DNA of 64,000 nt from Gemmatimonadota bacterium. GTDB lineage: Bacteria > Gemmatimonadota > Gemmatimonadetes > Palauibacterales > Palauibacteraceae. Below, piece by piece: positions 35,992 to 48,252 of this stretch (positions within the stretch are counted from its first letter, which is position 1; every line of letters begins with the position of its first letter). The stretch spans positions 32,001-96,000 of the forward strand of contig JBHIAV010000005.1 in the NCBI GenBank assembly GCA_046758745.1. The letters are read 5' to 3'. The notes under the pieces were generated by a model. The model saw only the letters and a program-made list of their open reading frames with translations, was not told the DNA's origin and did not search any database. Position numbers and translations under genes: made by a program.

Positions 35992-36533
35992 GGGGTGAAG
36001 CGCCCGAAGTCCTCCGGATTCAGTCGCTTCAGGTAGTCCCGGAGCTTTTCCTTCTCCTCCTCCGTCGGCTCGCTCTCGCCGGAAGCGCCGACCGCCCAGG
36101 GTGGAGCGTCCGCTTCGTCCTCGAAGCTCGACTCCTCGATCTCGAAGCTTGTCATCTCGAGCAGCGAGTCGTCCGCCAGAATCGGAGCCGACGCCCGCAG
36201 AGCGAGGGCGACGCTGTCGCTCGGGCGGGAGTCGATGGAGATGAGCTCTCCGTCGCGCCGGAAGATCAGGGAGGCGTAATAGGTGTTGTCCACCACCTTG
36301 GTGATCAACACGCGCACGAGCTCACTCCCGAGCCCTCGCACCACGGTATTGAAGAGATCGTGAGTCAGCGGCCGCGAGAACTTGATGCCGGCCAGCTCCA
36401 TGGCGATCGCGCTCGCTTCGCCAGGGCCGATCCAGATCGGCAACAGGCGGTCCCCGCCCTTCTCCCTCAGGATGACGACCGGCGTGTTCGAGGCCTTGTC
36501 CAGCCCGAGGCTCGCGACTTCGACTTCGGTCAT
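35988..36533 (-). CDS. Bifunctional nuclease family (DUF151)
   Basis: LPIWIG..EASAI, RPLTHDL, IDSRPSDSVALAL. Confidence 0.92.
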   Translation of the reverse strand: MTEVEVASLGLDKASNTPVVILREKGGDRLLPIWIGPGEASAIAMELAGIKFSRPLTHDLFNTVVRGLGSELVRVLITKVVDNTYYASLIFRRDGELISIDSRPSDSVALALRASAPILADDSLLEMTSFEIEESSFEDEADAPPWAVGASGESEPTEEEKEKLRDYLKRLNPEDFGRFTP

Positions 36534-36567
36534 CCGCACCCCCGGCGAGGCGTTCTCACAGGCCCCC

Positions 36568-38034
<1,467 letters not shown>

Positions 38035-39216
38035 CTACACCTTCGCCTTGAGCTCCTCCACCCGGTCGGTCCGTTCCCAGCTGAAGCCGCCGTCCGGCTG
38101 TGGGGATCGGCCGAAATGACCGTACGCAGCAGTCCGGCGGTAGATAGGCCGGCGAAGCTCGAGGGCCTCCATGATGGCCAGGGGGCGAAGATCGAAGACC
38201 TCCTTGACCGTCCGCTCCAGCTCCACATCGGGTACCGCGCCCGTGCCGGATGTGTCGACCGTGACCGACACCGGCTCCGCCACCCCGATCGCGTAGGCGA
38301 GCTGGATCTCCACCTCCCGGGCGAGCCCCGCCGCGACGACGTTCTTGGCCACCCAGCGGGCCGCGTAACTCGCCGAGCGATCTACCTTCGAGGGGTCCTT
38401 GCCGCTGAATGCTCCGCCTCCGTGTCTGCCCCAGCCCCCGTACGTGTCCACGATGATCTTCCGCCCCGTAACGCCGGCATCCCCCCGAGGCCCACCCACC
38501 ACGAACCGGCCCGTCGGGTTGATGTGCACGACCACGCTTTCGGGATCGTACAGCTCCGACGGCAGCGCCGCCTCGACAACCTGTGGGATGAGCGCTTCGC
38601 GCAGTTGCTCCTGCGAGACGTCCGGGGAGTGCTGCGCGGAAAGCACGACCGTGGTCACCCGAAGGGGACAGTCGCCCTCGTACTCGACCGTCACCTGCGA
38701 CTTCCCGTCGGGGCGAAGCCAGTCGAGGATCCCCTCGTGGCGCACCTGAGCTAGACGGTGCGTCAGCCGATGTGCCAGGTGGATCGGCAGGGGCATCAGG
38801 TTCTTCGTCTCGTTGGTGGCGTAGCCGAACATCATCCCCTGATCACCGGCCCCGCCGCTGTCCACTCCGCGGGCTATGTCCGGCGACTGCCGATCGATCG
38901 AGGTGAGGACCGAGCAGGTGTCGCAGTCGAAGCCGTACGAGGCATCTTGGTACCCGATCCCCCGGATCGTGTCGCGCGCCACGTCGGGGATGTGGACGTA
39001 CCCACAGGTGGTGATCTCGCCGGCCACCAGGACCAGGCCGGTCGTGACGAGCGTCTCGCATGCCACCCGGGCCTTCGGATCCTGCTCCAGGATCGCGTCG
39101 AGCACACCGTCCGAGATCTGGTCGGCGATCTTGTCCGGATGGCCTTCGGTGACGGACTCCGAAGTGAAGAGATGGCGGCCGCTCGCGGGCACTTGTGCTC
39201 CCGTCGTGGTGGACAC
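38035..39216 (-). CDS. metK: S-adenosylmethionine synthetase
   Basis: [48 protein letters not shown]. Confidence 0.97.
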   Translation of the reverse strand: MSTTTGAQVPASGRHLFTSESVTEGHPDKIADQISDGVLDAILEQDPKARVACETLVTTGLVLVAGEITTCGYVHIPDVARDTIRGIGYQDASYGFDCDTCSVLTSIDRQSPDIARGVDSGGAGDQGMMFGYATNETKNLMPLPIHLAHRLTHRLAQVRHEGILDWLRPDGKSQVTVEYEGDCPLRVTTVVLSAQHSPDVSQEQLREALIPQVVEAALPSELYDPESVVVHINPTGRFVVGGPRGDAGVTGRKIIVDTYGGWGRHGGGAFSGKDPSKVDRSASYAARWVAKNVVAAGLAREVEIQLAYAIGVAEPVSVTVDTSGTGAVPDVELERTVKEVFDLRPLAIMEALELRRPIYRRTAAYGHFGRSPQPDGGFSWERTDRVEELKAKV

Positions 39217-39280
39217 TCCGAGCTCGACCGGCCCCCATGCGCGGGACCGGGGAGCAAAGCGCCCGGAAGCTACCGGTAGC

Positions 39281-41092
39281 CTATTCGACTGACAAGCCGC
39301 TCCGGAAGGCGAGGGCGGGCATCTCGATGTCGTCCAGATACTCGCGGATGGCGACGCGCACCTCCCTAGCCGACTCCACGCGATGAAGGTCTGCGCACAG
39401 GCGCTCGAGGTCGCCCGCTGAAACGGCGCGTACGACCTCCTTGACCTCGGCCAGAGAGGAGAGCGAGAGGCTGAACTTACGGTAGCCGAGGCCGATGAGG
39501 ACGCAGATCCCGATCGGGTCTCCCGCCACGTCCCCGCAGGCCCCGAGGTCGAGTTCGTGCCGGGCCGCTTCCCGCACGAGCCGGGAGTACATACGCAGCA
39601 TGGCCGGGTGCAGCGAATCGTACATCTCCGCCAGCTTCGCATTGCCCCGGTCCGCCGCCAGAACGTATTGCGTCAGGTCGTTCGACCCCAGACTGACGAA
39701 ATCCACGTGCGGGGCCAGCAGGTCGAGGATCTCCAGCGCCGCGGGCGTCTCGACCATGACCCCGACGGGCACCCGTCTCTCGCGCAGGCCCGGCTCCAGC
39801 GAGTCGTACACCTCCCGCAGGATCGCCCGCGTGCGACGCACCTCGTCGACTGAAACGATGAACGGGAGCAGGAGGCGAAGGTCCCCGTGCTGCGCCGCGC
39901 GCACGGCCGCCCGTAGCTGGTTGCGGAAGAGCTCCGGCAGATCCAGGCAGACCCGGATCGCGCGCCACCCGAGGTAAGGGTTCTCCTCCGGCGGCATCGC
40001 GAGGAAGAGTGGAAACTTGTCTCCTCCGATGTCGAAGGTTCGGAGAGTGACCTCGCTCCGGGGGAAGACCTCTAACACGCGCCGATACGCCTCGTACTGC
40101 TCCTCTTCGCTCGGGATCTCACGTCGGCCGATGACGAGAAACTCCGAGCGGAAAAGGCCGACGCCGCGCGCCCCGAGGTCGCGGGCTTCCCCCGCGTCGT
40201 CTGGCTGGTCGAGGTTCGCCTGGACGACCACCGGCACCCGGTCCGTCGTCTCCGTCGGCTGGTGGGCGAGCTCGGTGAGGCGTCTCTGCCGCTGCGACGC
40301 CTGTACCGCGGCCCGGCAGAAGCTGTCGATCTCATCCTCGGAGGGATCGAGGACGATCCTCCCCGTGCCGCCGTCGAGCAGAAGGAAGCTCCCGTCCTCG
40401 ATCTCGGCCAGGCGAGGCCCGACTCCCACCACGGCCGGGATACCGAGAGCGCGCGCGAGGAGGGCGGTGTGCGAGCCGCGGGATCCTCCGGCGCTCACGA
40501 AGCCCACCACACGTGCCGGATCGAAGCGTACGGCAACGCTGGGCGTGACCTCGTCGGCCACCAGGATCGATGGTTCGTCCCACGGTGTCTCCCAGGGAGG
40601 ACCCGCGTTTCCGAGCAGCGGGTAGAGGACGCGGAGGCGGACGTCGCGCAGGTCGGCGAGGCGATCGAGAACCATCGCGTGCGCCGAGTCGAGGAACCGC
40701 GCACGGATCTCCAGGATCCGCCAATCGAAGGCTCGCTCGGCAGCGAGGTAGTTGTCGCGGATGTAGGCGATCGTGCCCTCGACCATATCGGGATCGTCGA
40801 TCATCAGCGCCTGCGATTCGAACAGCTTCGCCTCGAGAGGTCCGATTCGTTCGGCCGTTTCGTCGCGCAGCCCGAGGATCTCCCGTCGAGCCCAGTCACG
40901 GGCTCTGGTGAAGCGCTCGATCTCCGCTTCGACTTCCCCGGGACCGATGGTGCGGTGAGGCACGGGCGGAATGTCCCAATCGACCCGCCGCGCTATACCC
41001 AGGACTCGGCCGGTAGAGGCCGCGATCCCCTCGATGTGGCAGCTCAGCGCGCCCTTCGATTCCGGCAGCTCAGGACTCCTCCCCCGCGACAT
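39281..41092 (-). CDS. ptsI: PTS enzyme I
   Basis: [12 protein letters not shown] (phospho-His), [42 protein letters not shown]. Confidence 0.95.
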   Translation of the reverse strand: MSRGRSPELPESKGALSCHIEGIAASTGRVLGIARRVDWDIPPVPHRTIGPGEVEAEIERFTRARDWARREILGLRDETAERIGPLEAKLFESQALMIDDPDMVEGTIAYIRDNYLAAERAFDWRILEIRARFLDSAHAMVLDRLADLRDVRLRVLYPLLGNAGPPWETPWDEPSILVADEVTPSVAVRFDPARVVGFVSAGGSRGSHTALLARALGIPAVVGVGPRLAEIEDGSFLLLDGGTGRIVLDPSEDEIDSFCRAAVQASQRQRRLTELAHQPTETTDRVPVVVQANLDQPDDAGEARDLGARGVGLFRSEFLVIGRREIPSEEEQYEAYRRVLEVFPRSEVTLRTFDIGGDKFPLFLAMPPEENPYLGWRAIRVCLDLPELFRNQLRAAVRAAQHGDLRLLLPFIVSVDEVRRTRAILREVYDSLEPGLRERRVPVGVMVETPAALEILDLLAPHVDFVSLGSNDLTQYVLAADRGNAKLAEMYDSLHPAMLRMYSRLVREAARHELDLGACGDVAGDPIGICVLIGLGYRKFSLSLSSLAEVKEVVRAVSAGDLERLCADLHRVESAREVRVAIREYLDDIEMPALAFRSGLSVE

Positions 41093-41390
41093 TCTCGTAG
41101 TCCGTCTCCTGTTCGCCGAAGTCTCTCCGCACCAGCTCGCATAGGGCCGCGACCGCCTGGGAGCTGTCCTCGCCCTCCGCCCGTATGGTTAACGTGGATC
41201 CACATTCCGCGGCCAGCATCATCACGCCCATGATGCTCTTCCCGTTGACCTCCAATCCGTCCTTCTCGACCAATATCGTCGCCGCGAAGCTCGAAGCCAG
41301 CTTCACGAACTCGGCCGCCGGCCGCGCGTGCAGCCCGAATCGGTTCCCCACCCGGACGGTGGCGCTGCTCTCGCTCACCGGCGCGACCCA
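41070..41390 (-). CDS. ptsH: Phosphocarrier HPr
   Basis: GLHARPAA (His15) and GKSIMGVM (Ser46). Start uncertain. Confidence 0.95.
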   Translation of the reverse strand, partial: WVAPVSESSATVRVGNRFGLHARPAAEFVKLASSFAATILVEKDGLEVNGKSIMGVMMLAAECGSTLTIRAEGEDSSQAVAALCELVRRDFGEQETDYENVAGEES

Positions 41391-41418
41391 AAGGCCGGAG
41401 CGCCCGACCGTCCCCACA

Positions 41419-42156
41419 CTAGCCGAGCGTCAGCCAGACGAGCGGGGCGGCGAGAAGCAGGCCGATCGCGATCTTCCCACCTCTGGCCGGCCACCGAAAC
41501 GCCACCAGCGCGGCGCTCGCCCCGCCGATCGCCAGCGGGATGCCGGCGTCGGCTACGTGCGGGATCCGCAGCGAGAGCGCGAGCGTCGCCGCCCCGAGCA
41601 GCAGCAGGTTCAGGGGAGCCAGCGCCGTTGCCACCCGGTCCAGCCACGAGTCGTGGAGTGCGCGGCCGAGGCGAAGCCCGCGCAGCCATCCCGTGCGCAT
41701 CCCCCAGATGCGGAGCGCGGCGTGGCCGGAGTTGTACAGCCCGAGGAAGGCGAGGGCCGCCACCCACGGCGTCGCTCCCGCCGCGAAGAGCAGGATCGCG
41801 ACGAAGAGACAGACGGGGCGCCACGTCGCCCATACGAGGCGGTCTCCGAGCGTGCCGAGCGGTCCCCGAATTGCGATCCGGAATCGCTCGATCTTTTCGG
41901 CCTCTTCACCCTCCGCCTCGAGGCGCGCCAGGGCCCCGACCGCCATTGGGCAGAGGTAGGGGTGGGCGTTGAAGGACTCGAGATGACGCCGAACCGCTGT
42001 CTTGAGCCCCACCGGGTCCCCGGCGTACACCCGCCGCAGCAGCGGAAGGAGGCTGTACGCGATGCCGCCCCCCAGCAGCGTGCGGTAGTTCCACGAGCCC
42101 TGGACGGCGAATCCGCGAAGCCAGGCGGACACGAAGTCCGTTCGGAGGGGCCGCAT
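41419..42156 (-). CDS. PTS mannose/fructose/sorbose family IID
   Basis: QGSWNY, RHLESFNAHPY, GPLGTLGD. Confidence 0.88.
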   Translation of the reverse strand: MRPLRTDFVSAWLRGFAVQGSWNYRTLLGGGIAYSLLPLLRRVYAGDPVGLKTAVRRHLESFNAHPYLCPMAVGALARLEAEGEEAEKIERFRIAIRGPLGTLGDRLVWATWRPVCLFVAILLFAAGATPWVAALAFLGLYNSGHAALRIWGMRTGWLRGLRLGRALHDSWLDRVATALAPLNLLLLGAATLALSLRIPHVADAGIPLAIGGASAALVAFRWPARGGKIAIGLLLAAPLVWLTLG

Positions 42157-42857
42157 CAGTACGCCCTCCCGACGACCCAGGCGACGGCGGCTCCGAGCAG
42201 CAACAGATGCCACGCGTGGAGGCTGGCCGAGAGGGTCCTCGCTCCCGACCCTGCGGACCCGCTCACCGCCACGACGAGAAGCGCGGCGGTGGCGGCCACG
42301 GCCGTTGGAGCGAGCGAAGAACCCGCCGCCAGTCGCGTCGCGATCGCCGTCGGCAGGGCAAAGCCGCCCGTGATCAGGCCCGCCCGGAGGGCATCCAGCG
42401 CGATCGCGGTGCGGTGGCGACGCTCCAGCCTCGCCGGCTCGCCCGCCAGCGCCTCGACTGGCTTGAGGAGCCCTTCATTGATGCGCCGGAGCAGGTGGAC
42501 GGAACGGGCGCCGAGCCACCCGATCGCCCAGCCGGCGAGGAGCGCCACGACCAGGGCCGCGAGCCCGGACCCTCCCGCCGCAGCGTATCCGGCGCCGGCG
42601 ACGACTCCGGCCGGTCCGGTGTCCGGGTACGTCGCGGCGCCGTAGGGGGGATGGGCGAGGGCGAGCAGCTCCAGAATCGCCCCGCACATGAAACCCGCGG
42701 CCGGATCACCGAGCAGCGTCCCCCCCAGCGTGCCGGCGACCAACGGGCGCGACAGCATGAGCTGGGGCCACGAGACGGCGTCAACGCCGCACACGGCGCC
42801 GCACGTCACCAGCAGGAGCCAGGTGCCCGGGCCGATCGCGAGCTCAGTCAGCGGCAT
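42156..42857 (-). CDS. PTS mannose family IIC
   Basis: LSRPLVAG..G.LLGD...G...GA.LEL, PYGAATYPD. Confidence 0.85.
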   Translation of the reverse strand: MPLTELAIGPGTWLLLVTCGAVCGVDAVSWPQLMLSRPLVAGTLGGTLLGDPAAGFMCGAILELLALAHPPYGAATYPDTGPAGVVAGAGYAAAGGSGLAALVVALLAGWAIGWLGARSVHLLRRINEGLLKPVEALAGEPARLERRHRTAIALDALRAGLITGGFALPTAIATRLAAGSSLAPTAVAATAALLVVAVSGSAGSGARTLSASLHAWHLLLLGAAVAWVVGRAY

Positions 42858-43332
42858 GCAGCACTCCGTCCAGCTCTACCTCCGTCGCGGTGGGGAGATC
42901 ACGTGCGGTGAGCGAGCGCGCCAGCTCCGCGATGACCCGAAGGTCGTCCACCTCGGCGTCCCGCAGGTACACGTAGTCGAGCACGGCGCGGCGGCCGGGG
43001 CCATCGTGCAGCCCTCCGACGTTCACACGCCGGTCCTGCAGCCGGCCCGTCTCCGCGAGGGCCCGCATCGCCCCGGTGCCTCGCGTGAGCAGCGCGCCCA
43101 CACCCGGCAGCGCGTCCAGCTCCGAGAAACGATCGATCGCTTCCACCTCGCTCAGGAAGTAGACAGAGATGTTCTTGGGAAGCCCGGCGCCATACAGCTC
43201 CTGCTCCCACTCGCTCTCCGCGATCCGGTCGTCCACCACCACGTAATACGAGATCCGGAGCCGCACGCCCCAGCCGACGATCACCTGGCCGTGCAGGAGG
43301 CGTTCGTCAATCCGAAACAGGCTGATCGGCAC
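42844..43332 (-). CDS. PTS mannose family IIB
   Basis: RIDERLLHGQVIVGW, VNVGGLH. Confidence 0.9.
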   Translation of the reverse strand: MPISLFRIDERLLHGQVIVGWGVRLRISYYVVVDDRIAESEWEQELYGAGLPKNISVYFLSEVEAIDRFSELDALPGVGALLTRGTGAMRALAETGRLQDRRVNVGGLHDGPGRRAVLDYVYLRDAEVDDLRVIAELARSLTARDLPTATEVELDGVLHAAD

Positions 43333-43720
43333 GCGACGACTCCCCGGGGAGGTGGAGCGTGGTCCCGGCCCGACCCTTGGCCACAAGCCGACGGCTGAGC
43401 GTCTCCAGCTCCATGTCGCGGTGGAAGACGAAATCGAGCAGCATGGAAAGGCTGACTCCGGTGACCACCGCGACCCGCGGCGACCGCATGCACAGGGCCC
43501 GGCCGGCGAAAGCGCAGCTGCCGCTCGCCAAGTCGACGAAGATGATCGCCGGTCCCTCGCCCACGGCCGTCTCCACGCGAGCGCTCAGCTCCTCCGGTGT
43601 GCAGCCGAGGTTGCTGATCGGTGAGAGGGCGCCACGCACCCCGGAGATCTCCTCCGCGGCGCGGATCATGGACGCGGCCATGTCACCGTGTGCAACCACG
43701 ACGCCGACCACGTCACTCAT
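43307..43720 (-). CDS. PTS mannose family IIA
   Basis: VVVAHG, FVDLASGS, VTGVSLSMLL. Confidence 0.88.
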   Translation of the reverse strand: MSDVVGVVVAHGDMAASMIRAAEEISGVRGALSPISNLGCTPEELSARVETAVGEGPAIIFVDLASGSCAFAGRALCMRSPRVAVVTGVSLSMLLDFVFHRDMELETLSRRLVAKGRAGTTLHLPGESSRADQPVSD

Positions 43721-44672
43721 AATCCTCCTCGAGATACTCCCGGATCGGCTGCAACTTCTCCTTCAGCCGATGTTGAAAGAGCGTGGCGCTGTCCACACCG
43801 GCATAGCGAAGGAGATGCCGCATGGCGACGACCTCACACAGCACCGTCAGGTTCTTCCCCGGGTTCAACGGGATCACCACCTTGGGGAGCGGCACGGCCA
43901 GGATCGGGGTCGATTCCACCTCCAGCCCGGTCCGATCGTAGTAGCCGTCGTCCCTCCACTCCTCGAGCTGCACCACCACCTCGATCCGCTTCTGCTGTCG
44001 GGTCGCCCGAATGCCGAACAGCGCCCGCACATCGATGATCCCGATCCCCCGAATCTCCATGTGATGGCGCTGCAGCTCGTGACCCCGGCCGATCAGGACA
44101 TCGACCCCGCGCCGGGTGATCATCACGACATCGTCAGCGACCAACCGGTGACCGCGTTCGACCAGATCCAGCACGCACTCGCTCTTCCCGATCCCGCTCT
44201 TGCCCACGAACAGCAGTCCGACCCCGTACACGTCCGCCAGCGAACCGTGGATCGCCGTCGTGGGGGCGAATTCCTCTTCGAGGAACGGCTGGATACGCCG
44301 GTAGAACTCGCCCGTCTTGAGCGTCGTCCGAATCAGGGGCACGGAGCTCGCTCGGGCGCACTCGACCAGCTCGGCCGGAGGCTCCAGCCCCTTCGTGACG
44401 AAGATCGCGGGAATGTCGAAGGTGAGGAACTCGCGCAGCACGGACGCCCGCTGGTCCGGCGGGAGAGATCTCAGGTATGTGATCTCCGTCTCGCCCATGA
44501 CCTGGATCCGGCGCTCGGGAAAGCGCTCGACGTACCCGCTGAGCGCGAGGCCCGGGCTCGATACCTCGGGGCCGGCGATGATGCGGTCCAGGCCGCCGTT
44601 CCCCCCCACGAGATCGAGGAAGAGGATCTCCCGCTTCCGCGCCAGGAGATCCCGTACACGGAGTTCGCTCAA
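43713..44672 (-). CDS. hprK: HPr kinase/phosphorylase
   Basis: GKSGIGKSE, GHRLVADD, MEIRGIGII, PGKN. Confidence 0.96.
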   Translation of the reverse strand: MSELRVRDLLARKREILFLDLVGGNGGLDRIIAGPEVSSPGLALSGYVERFPERRIQVMGETEITYLRSLPPDQRASVLREFLTFDIPAIFVTKGLEPPAELVECARASSVPLIRTTLKTGEFYRRIQPFLEEEFAPTTAIHGSLADVYGVGLLFVGKSGIGKSECVLDLVERGHRLVADDVVMITRRGVDVLIGRGHELQRHHMEIRGIGIIDVRALFGIRATRQQKRIEVVVQLEEWRDDGYYDRTGLEVESTPILAVPLPKVVIPLNPGKNLTVLCEVVAMRHLLRYAGVDSATLFQHRLKEKLQPIREYLEEDYE

Positions 44673-45004
44673 GCGCTCTGATCCAGCTCGAGGGTGGCTT
44701 CTCTCGCGACGGCTTTGTGATCGCGTCGTCGAGAGCGGGATTTCTTCAGCTGCCGGGACAGCTTGTCTATCACCCGGTCGATGGCCGTGCGGAACTCGGA
44801 CGCCTCGGCGTGCGCGTGGATCGAGTCGGCGCGGCTGATCGCGAGCTGGGCCTCCACCTCGCACCGGTTCTTCTCTTCGAGGAGCGTGACCTCAACCCGC
44901 AAGATGCGCGGCTCGAACCGGACGAGTCGGGAGAACCGCTCGTCGATCAGAGAACGGAGTGTGTCTGACACCTCGAAATGCCGAGCAGAAACGATCACCT
45001 GCAT
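44669..45004 (-). CDS. hpf: Ribosome hibernation promoting factor
   Basis: MQVIVSARHFEV..., AID..IDKLSRQL. Confidence 0.9.
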   Translation of the reverse strand: MQVIVSARHFEVSDTLRSLIDERFSRLVRFEPRILRVEVTLLEEKNRCEVEAQLAISRADSIHAHAEASEFRTAIDRVIDKLSRQLKKSRSRRRDHKAVAREATLELDQSA

Positions 45005-45018
45005 TCTGTATGCCTCCT

Positions 45019-46128
45019 TTACCGCGAGCACACGGCGGCGAGCGTCTCCTCCGTCTCTCGGGCCGCTCGATCCCAGGTGAAACCGGCCGCGTGGGCGATT
45101 CCCCCCTCACCGAGTCGCGCCCGCAGCTCGGGGTCCGTGCAGATCGCCTGCAGCCGGTCCGCCCACGCCTGCGGGTCGTCGTGGCGAACCAGGAAGCCGC
45201 TCACTCCATCCACGACTGACTCGCGAAGCCCGGGCGAATCGCTGGCGACACAGGGCGTGCCGCACGCCGCGGCTTCCAGATTCGTGATCCCCCAACCCTC
45301 CTTCGGCGAGGGATATACACTTACCCACGCGCGTCTCAGAAGATCGATCTTCTCCTCCTCCCCGACGAATCCCAGAAACTTCACGCGCTCCTCGACCCTG
45401 GCTCGCTCGGCGATCCGGACGAGCCGTTCGGCGTCGTCACCCCGCCCCGCGACCAGCAGCCGGGTCCGCAGGCCGCGAGCCTCAAGGATCGCCAGCGCGC
45501 GAATGACGACGTCGAGGCCCTTGTAACGCTTCAGACGACCCACGTACGCCAGTGTCGGTTCGGTGAAACGCGGCCTGGAGGGATCTGGCTTGAACCGCGA
45601 GTGATCCAGGCCCGGGAAGATCACTCGGATCCTCTCGGGATCGAAGCCGCGCTTTTCCAGGTCCCCCGCCGTGCTGCGGGAGATCGCCACGAACGGCACC
45701 GCGCCGTACGCGATCGGCATGAGACGCTCCGCGAGCCAAACGGTCGCCGCGATCGGGAACGCCTCCTGCGTGAACGCCGTGGTACCGAAAAGGTGGGGCA
45801 CCAGGCCGAGCACCGGGACCCGACTCCACCATGGTGTGAACAGCGGCAGCTTGTTGATGTCCTCGACAATGATGTCGAAGTCCTCGCCACGCGACCTCGT
45901 CACGAAGGCCCGATACGCTACCAGCGGGAACGTGTACCGCCTGCCGGCCCTCCACACCCTCATCCCGTCGACGCCTGTCTCCACGGGCGCATCGCTCCAC
46001 CCCGACGCGAGGAGCGTCACGTCGTGACCCCTGGCCGCCACGCGCCCGAAGATCTCGTGCAGGTGAACCTCGGCGCCCCCCGCCTGCGGGTTCAGCCGGT
46101 CCTGCCAGTTGACCACGAGGATCCGCAC
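45019..46128 (-). CDS. Glycosyltransferase family 4
   Basis: NPQAGGAEVH, VGRLKRYKG, EGWGITNLEAAACG. Confidence 0.9.
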   Translation of the reverse strand: MRILVVNWQDRLNPQAGGAEVHLHEIFGRVAARGHDVTLLASGWSDAPVETGVDGMRVWRAGRRYTFPLVAYRAFVTRSRGEDFDIIVEDINKLPLFTPWWSRVPVLGLVPHLFGTTAFTQEAFPIAATVWLAERLMPIAYGAVPFVAISRSTAGDLEKRGFDPERIRVIFPGLDHSRFKPDPSRPRFTEPTLAYVGRLKRYKGLDVVIRALAILEARGLRTRLLVAGRGDDAERLVRIAERARVEERVKFLGFVGEEEKIDLLRRAWVSVYPSPKEGWGITNLEAAACGTPCVASDSPGLRESVVDGVSGFLVRHDDPQAWADRLQAICTDPELRARLGEGGIAHAAGFTWDRAARETEETLAAVCSR

Positions 46129-46148
46129 GCGTTCGGCGCACTCCGCGG

Positions 46149-46574
46149 TCAGCGGGTGACCGGGATCTTGCGGCTCACGGCGTCGAGAACGCCGTTGACG
46201 AAGCGCGGGCTGTCGATGCTTCCGTATTTCTCGGCCAGCCGGATCGCCTCGTGGATCACTACCGGGACCGGGACATCCGGACAGGAGGTCAGCTCGGCGA
46301 CCGCGAGACGGAGGATGTTCCGGTCGATCGCCGACAGCCGCTCGATCCTCCAGTTCTCCATGCACTCCTCGAGAAGCGAGTCGATGCCGCCGACCCGTCC
46401 CTCCACACTCCTGAGCAGCCGGTCGATGTGCGGGCGATAGCGTCTCCCGACCCTTCGGCGGAGCATCTCGCGCTCCGCAAACTCGATGAGCGACGGCTCG
46501 CCCGAGATCTCCCAGGCGTACAGCAGCTGCAGGACCCAGCTTCGGGCACGGGTCCTCGGGCTTCTGCCCTTCAT
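46149..46574 (-). CDS. nusB: Transcription antitermination factor NusB
   Basis: RTRAR..LQLLY, NWRIERL..IDRNILR, EAIRLAEKY, FVNGVLD. Confidence 0.95.
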   Translation of the reverse strand: MKGRSPRTRARSWVLQLLYAWEISGEPSLIEFAEREMLRRRVGRRYRPHIDRLLRSVEGRVGGIDSLLEECMENWRIERLSAIDRNILRLAVAELTSCPDVPVPVVIHEAIRLAEKYGSIDSPRFVNGVLDAVSRKIPVTR

Positions 46575-47032
46575 GGCAGCTGATCGGCCAGGGCGCTCAG
46601 CTCGAGCGCGGCGAGCGCGGCCTCCTCGCCCTTGTTGCCCACCGTACCACCCGAGCGGTCGAGCGCCTGGGGCAGGTTCTCAGTGGTCAGCAGACCGAAG
46701 CCGATCGGAATCGGATTCTGCCGCGCCAGCGCGGCCAGCCCATCCGTGGCCCCGCGACACACGTAGTCGAAGTGGGGCGTTTCCCCCCGGATCACGCAGC
46801 CCAGGGCCACGATCCCGTCGTAGCCCATCCGCGCGGCCATGCGTGCGGCCTGAGGGAGCTCCCATGCGCCCGGCACCCTGATGACGTCGATATCCTCCGC
46901 ACGTACGCCGTGCCGGAGGAGCGCCTGCCGTGCCCCCGCTTCCAGGCGCTCCGTAACCATCGGGTTGAACCGGCTGACCACCAGGCAGAAGCGCCGTCCC
47001 TCACCCCGCGGCTCCGCCTGGAACTCCGTCAT
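46571..47032 (-). CDS. ribH: 6,7-dimethyl-8-ribityllumazine synthase
   Basis: VSRFN, VPGAWELP, LGCVIRGETPHFDY, GNKG. Confidence 0.96.
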   Translation of the reverse strand: MTEFQAEPRGEGRRFCLVVSRFNPMVTERLEAGARQALLRHGVRAEDIDVIRVPGAWELPQAARMAARMGYDGIVALGCVIRGETPHFDYVCRGATDGLAALARQNPIPIGFGLLTTENLPQALDRSGGTVGNKGEEAALAALELSALADQLP

Positions 47033-48246
47033 GAAGTGCCGAGCAGATGCCCGAGCTTCTCGCGCTTCGTCTCCAGGTAGTCCGCGTTCACCCGTGACGC
47101 GCCCATCTCGAGCGGGACGCGATCCGTGATCTCCAGCCCGAACCCCTCGAGACCCGAGAGCTTCTTGGGATTGTTCGTCATGATCCGGATCGTGCTCAGG
47201 CCGAGATCGACTAGAATCTGGGCCCCGATTCCGTAGTTCCGAAGGTCGGCCGGAAAGCCCAGCACCTCGTTGGCCTCGACGGTGTCGTGCCCGCGGTCCT
47301 GCAGCTCATAGGCGCGCAGCTTGTTGAGAAGTCCGATCCCGCGGCCCTCTTGATCCAGGTACACGATGACCCCGGCGCCCGCCTCCGTCACCATGCGCAT
47401 CGCGGCCTCGAGCTGCGCCCCGCAGTCACATCGGCAGGAGTGGAAGACATCGCCGGTCAGGCATTTGGAGTGCACTCGAACCAGCACGTCCGCGGCGCCC
47501 CGCACATCGCCGCGAACCAGCGCCACGTGCTCATGGGCATCGACGTCGTTGCGGTAGCCGATGATCTGGAACTCGCCGAACGGGGTGGGGAGCTTGGCCT
47601 CGGCCACGCGGTGGACGAGCCTCTCGTTCTTCAGACGGTACGACACGATCTGGGCGACGGTGACGAACGGAACGGCATGGCGCTTCGAGAACTCCTGCAG
47701 CTGCGGACGGCGGGCCATCGTGCCGTCCGGGTTCAGGATCTCGCAGATGACTCCAGCCGGAACCAGCCCCGCCATCCGCGCGAGGTCCACCGAGGCTTCG
47801 GTCTGTCCGACCCGCTGTAAGACCCCCCCGGGTCTCGCGCGGAGCGGGAAGACATGGCCGGGACGCACCAGGTCCGACGGTCGGGTGCTCGGCCCGACCG
47901 CAACCTGAATCGTGCGGGCTCTGTCCGCCGCGCTGATACCGGTCGAGACCCCGAGCTCCTGCCGCGCGTCGATGGAAACCGTGAAAGCAGTCTCGTTCGG
48001 CCCGGCCGCACGGCCGTTCGCCATCAGCGGCAGGTCCAACCTGTCCGCGATCTGGGGCGCCAGGGTGAGGCAGATGAGCCCGCGCCCGTACGTAGCCATG
48101 AAGTTGATCTTCTCCGGCGTGATCTTCTCCGCCGCGCAGACCAGGTCACCCTCGTTCTCGCGGTCCTCGTCGTCGGCCACGATGACCAGCTCCCCACGCC
48201 GGATCGCTCCGATCGCCTCCTGTACCTTCCGATCGAACACCAACAC
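47029..48246 (-). CDS. ribBA: Bifunctional DHBP synthase / GTP cyclohydrolase II
   Basis: DDEDRENEGD, RPGHVFPL, RVHSKCLTGD, CDC, QEGRGIGL, TNNP. Confidence 0.96.
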   Translation of the reverse strand: MLVFDRKVQEAIGAIRRGELVIVADDEDRENEGDLVCAAEKITPEKINFMATYGRGLICLTLAPQIADRLDLPLMANGRAAGPNETAFTVSIDARQELGVSTGISAADRARTIQVAVGPSTRPSDLVRPGHVFPLRARPGGVLQRVGQTEASVDLARMAGLVPAGVICEILNPDGTMARRPQLQEFSKRHAVPFVTVAQIVSYRLKNERLVHRVAEAKLPTPFGEFQIIGYRNDVDAHEHVALVRGDVRGAADVLVRVHSKCLTGDVFHSCRCDCGAQLEAAMRMVTEAGAGVIVYLDQEGRGIGLLNKLRAYELQDRGHDTVEANEVLGFPADLRNYGIGAQILVDLGLSTIRIMTNNPKKLSGLEGFGLEITDRVPLEMGASRVNADYLETKREKLGHLLGTS

Positions 48247-48252
48247 GAGATC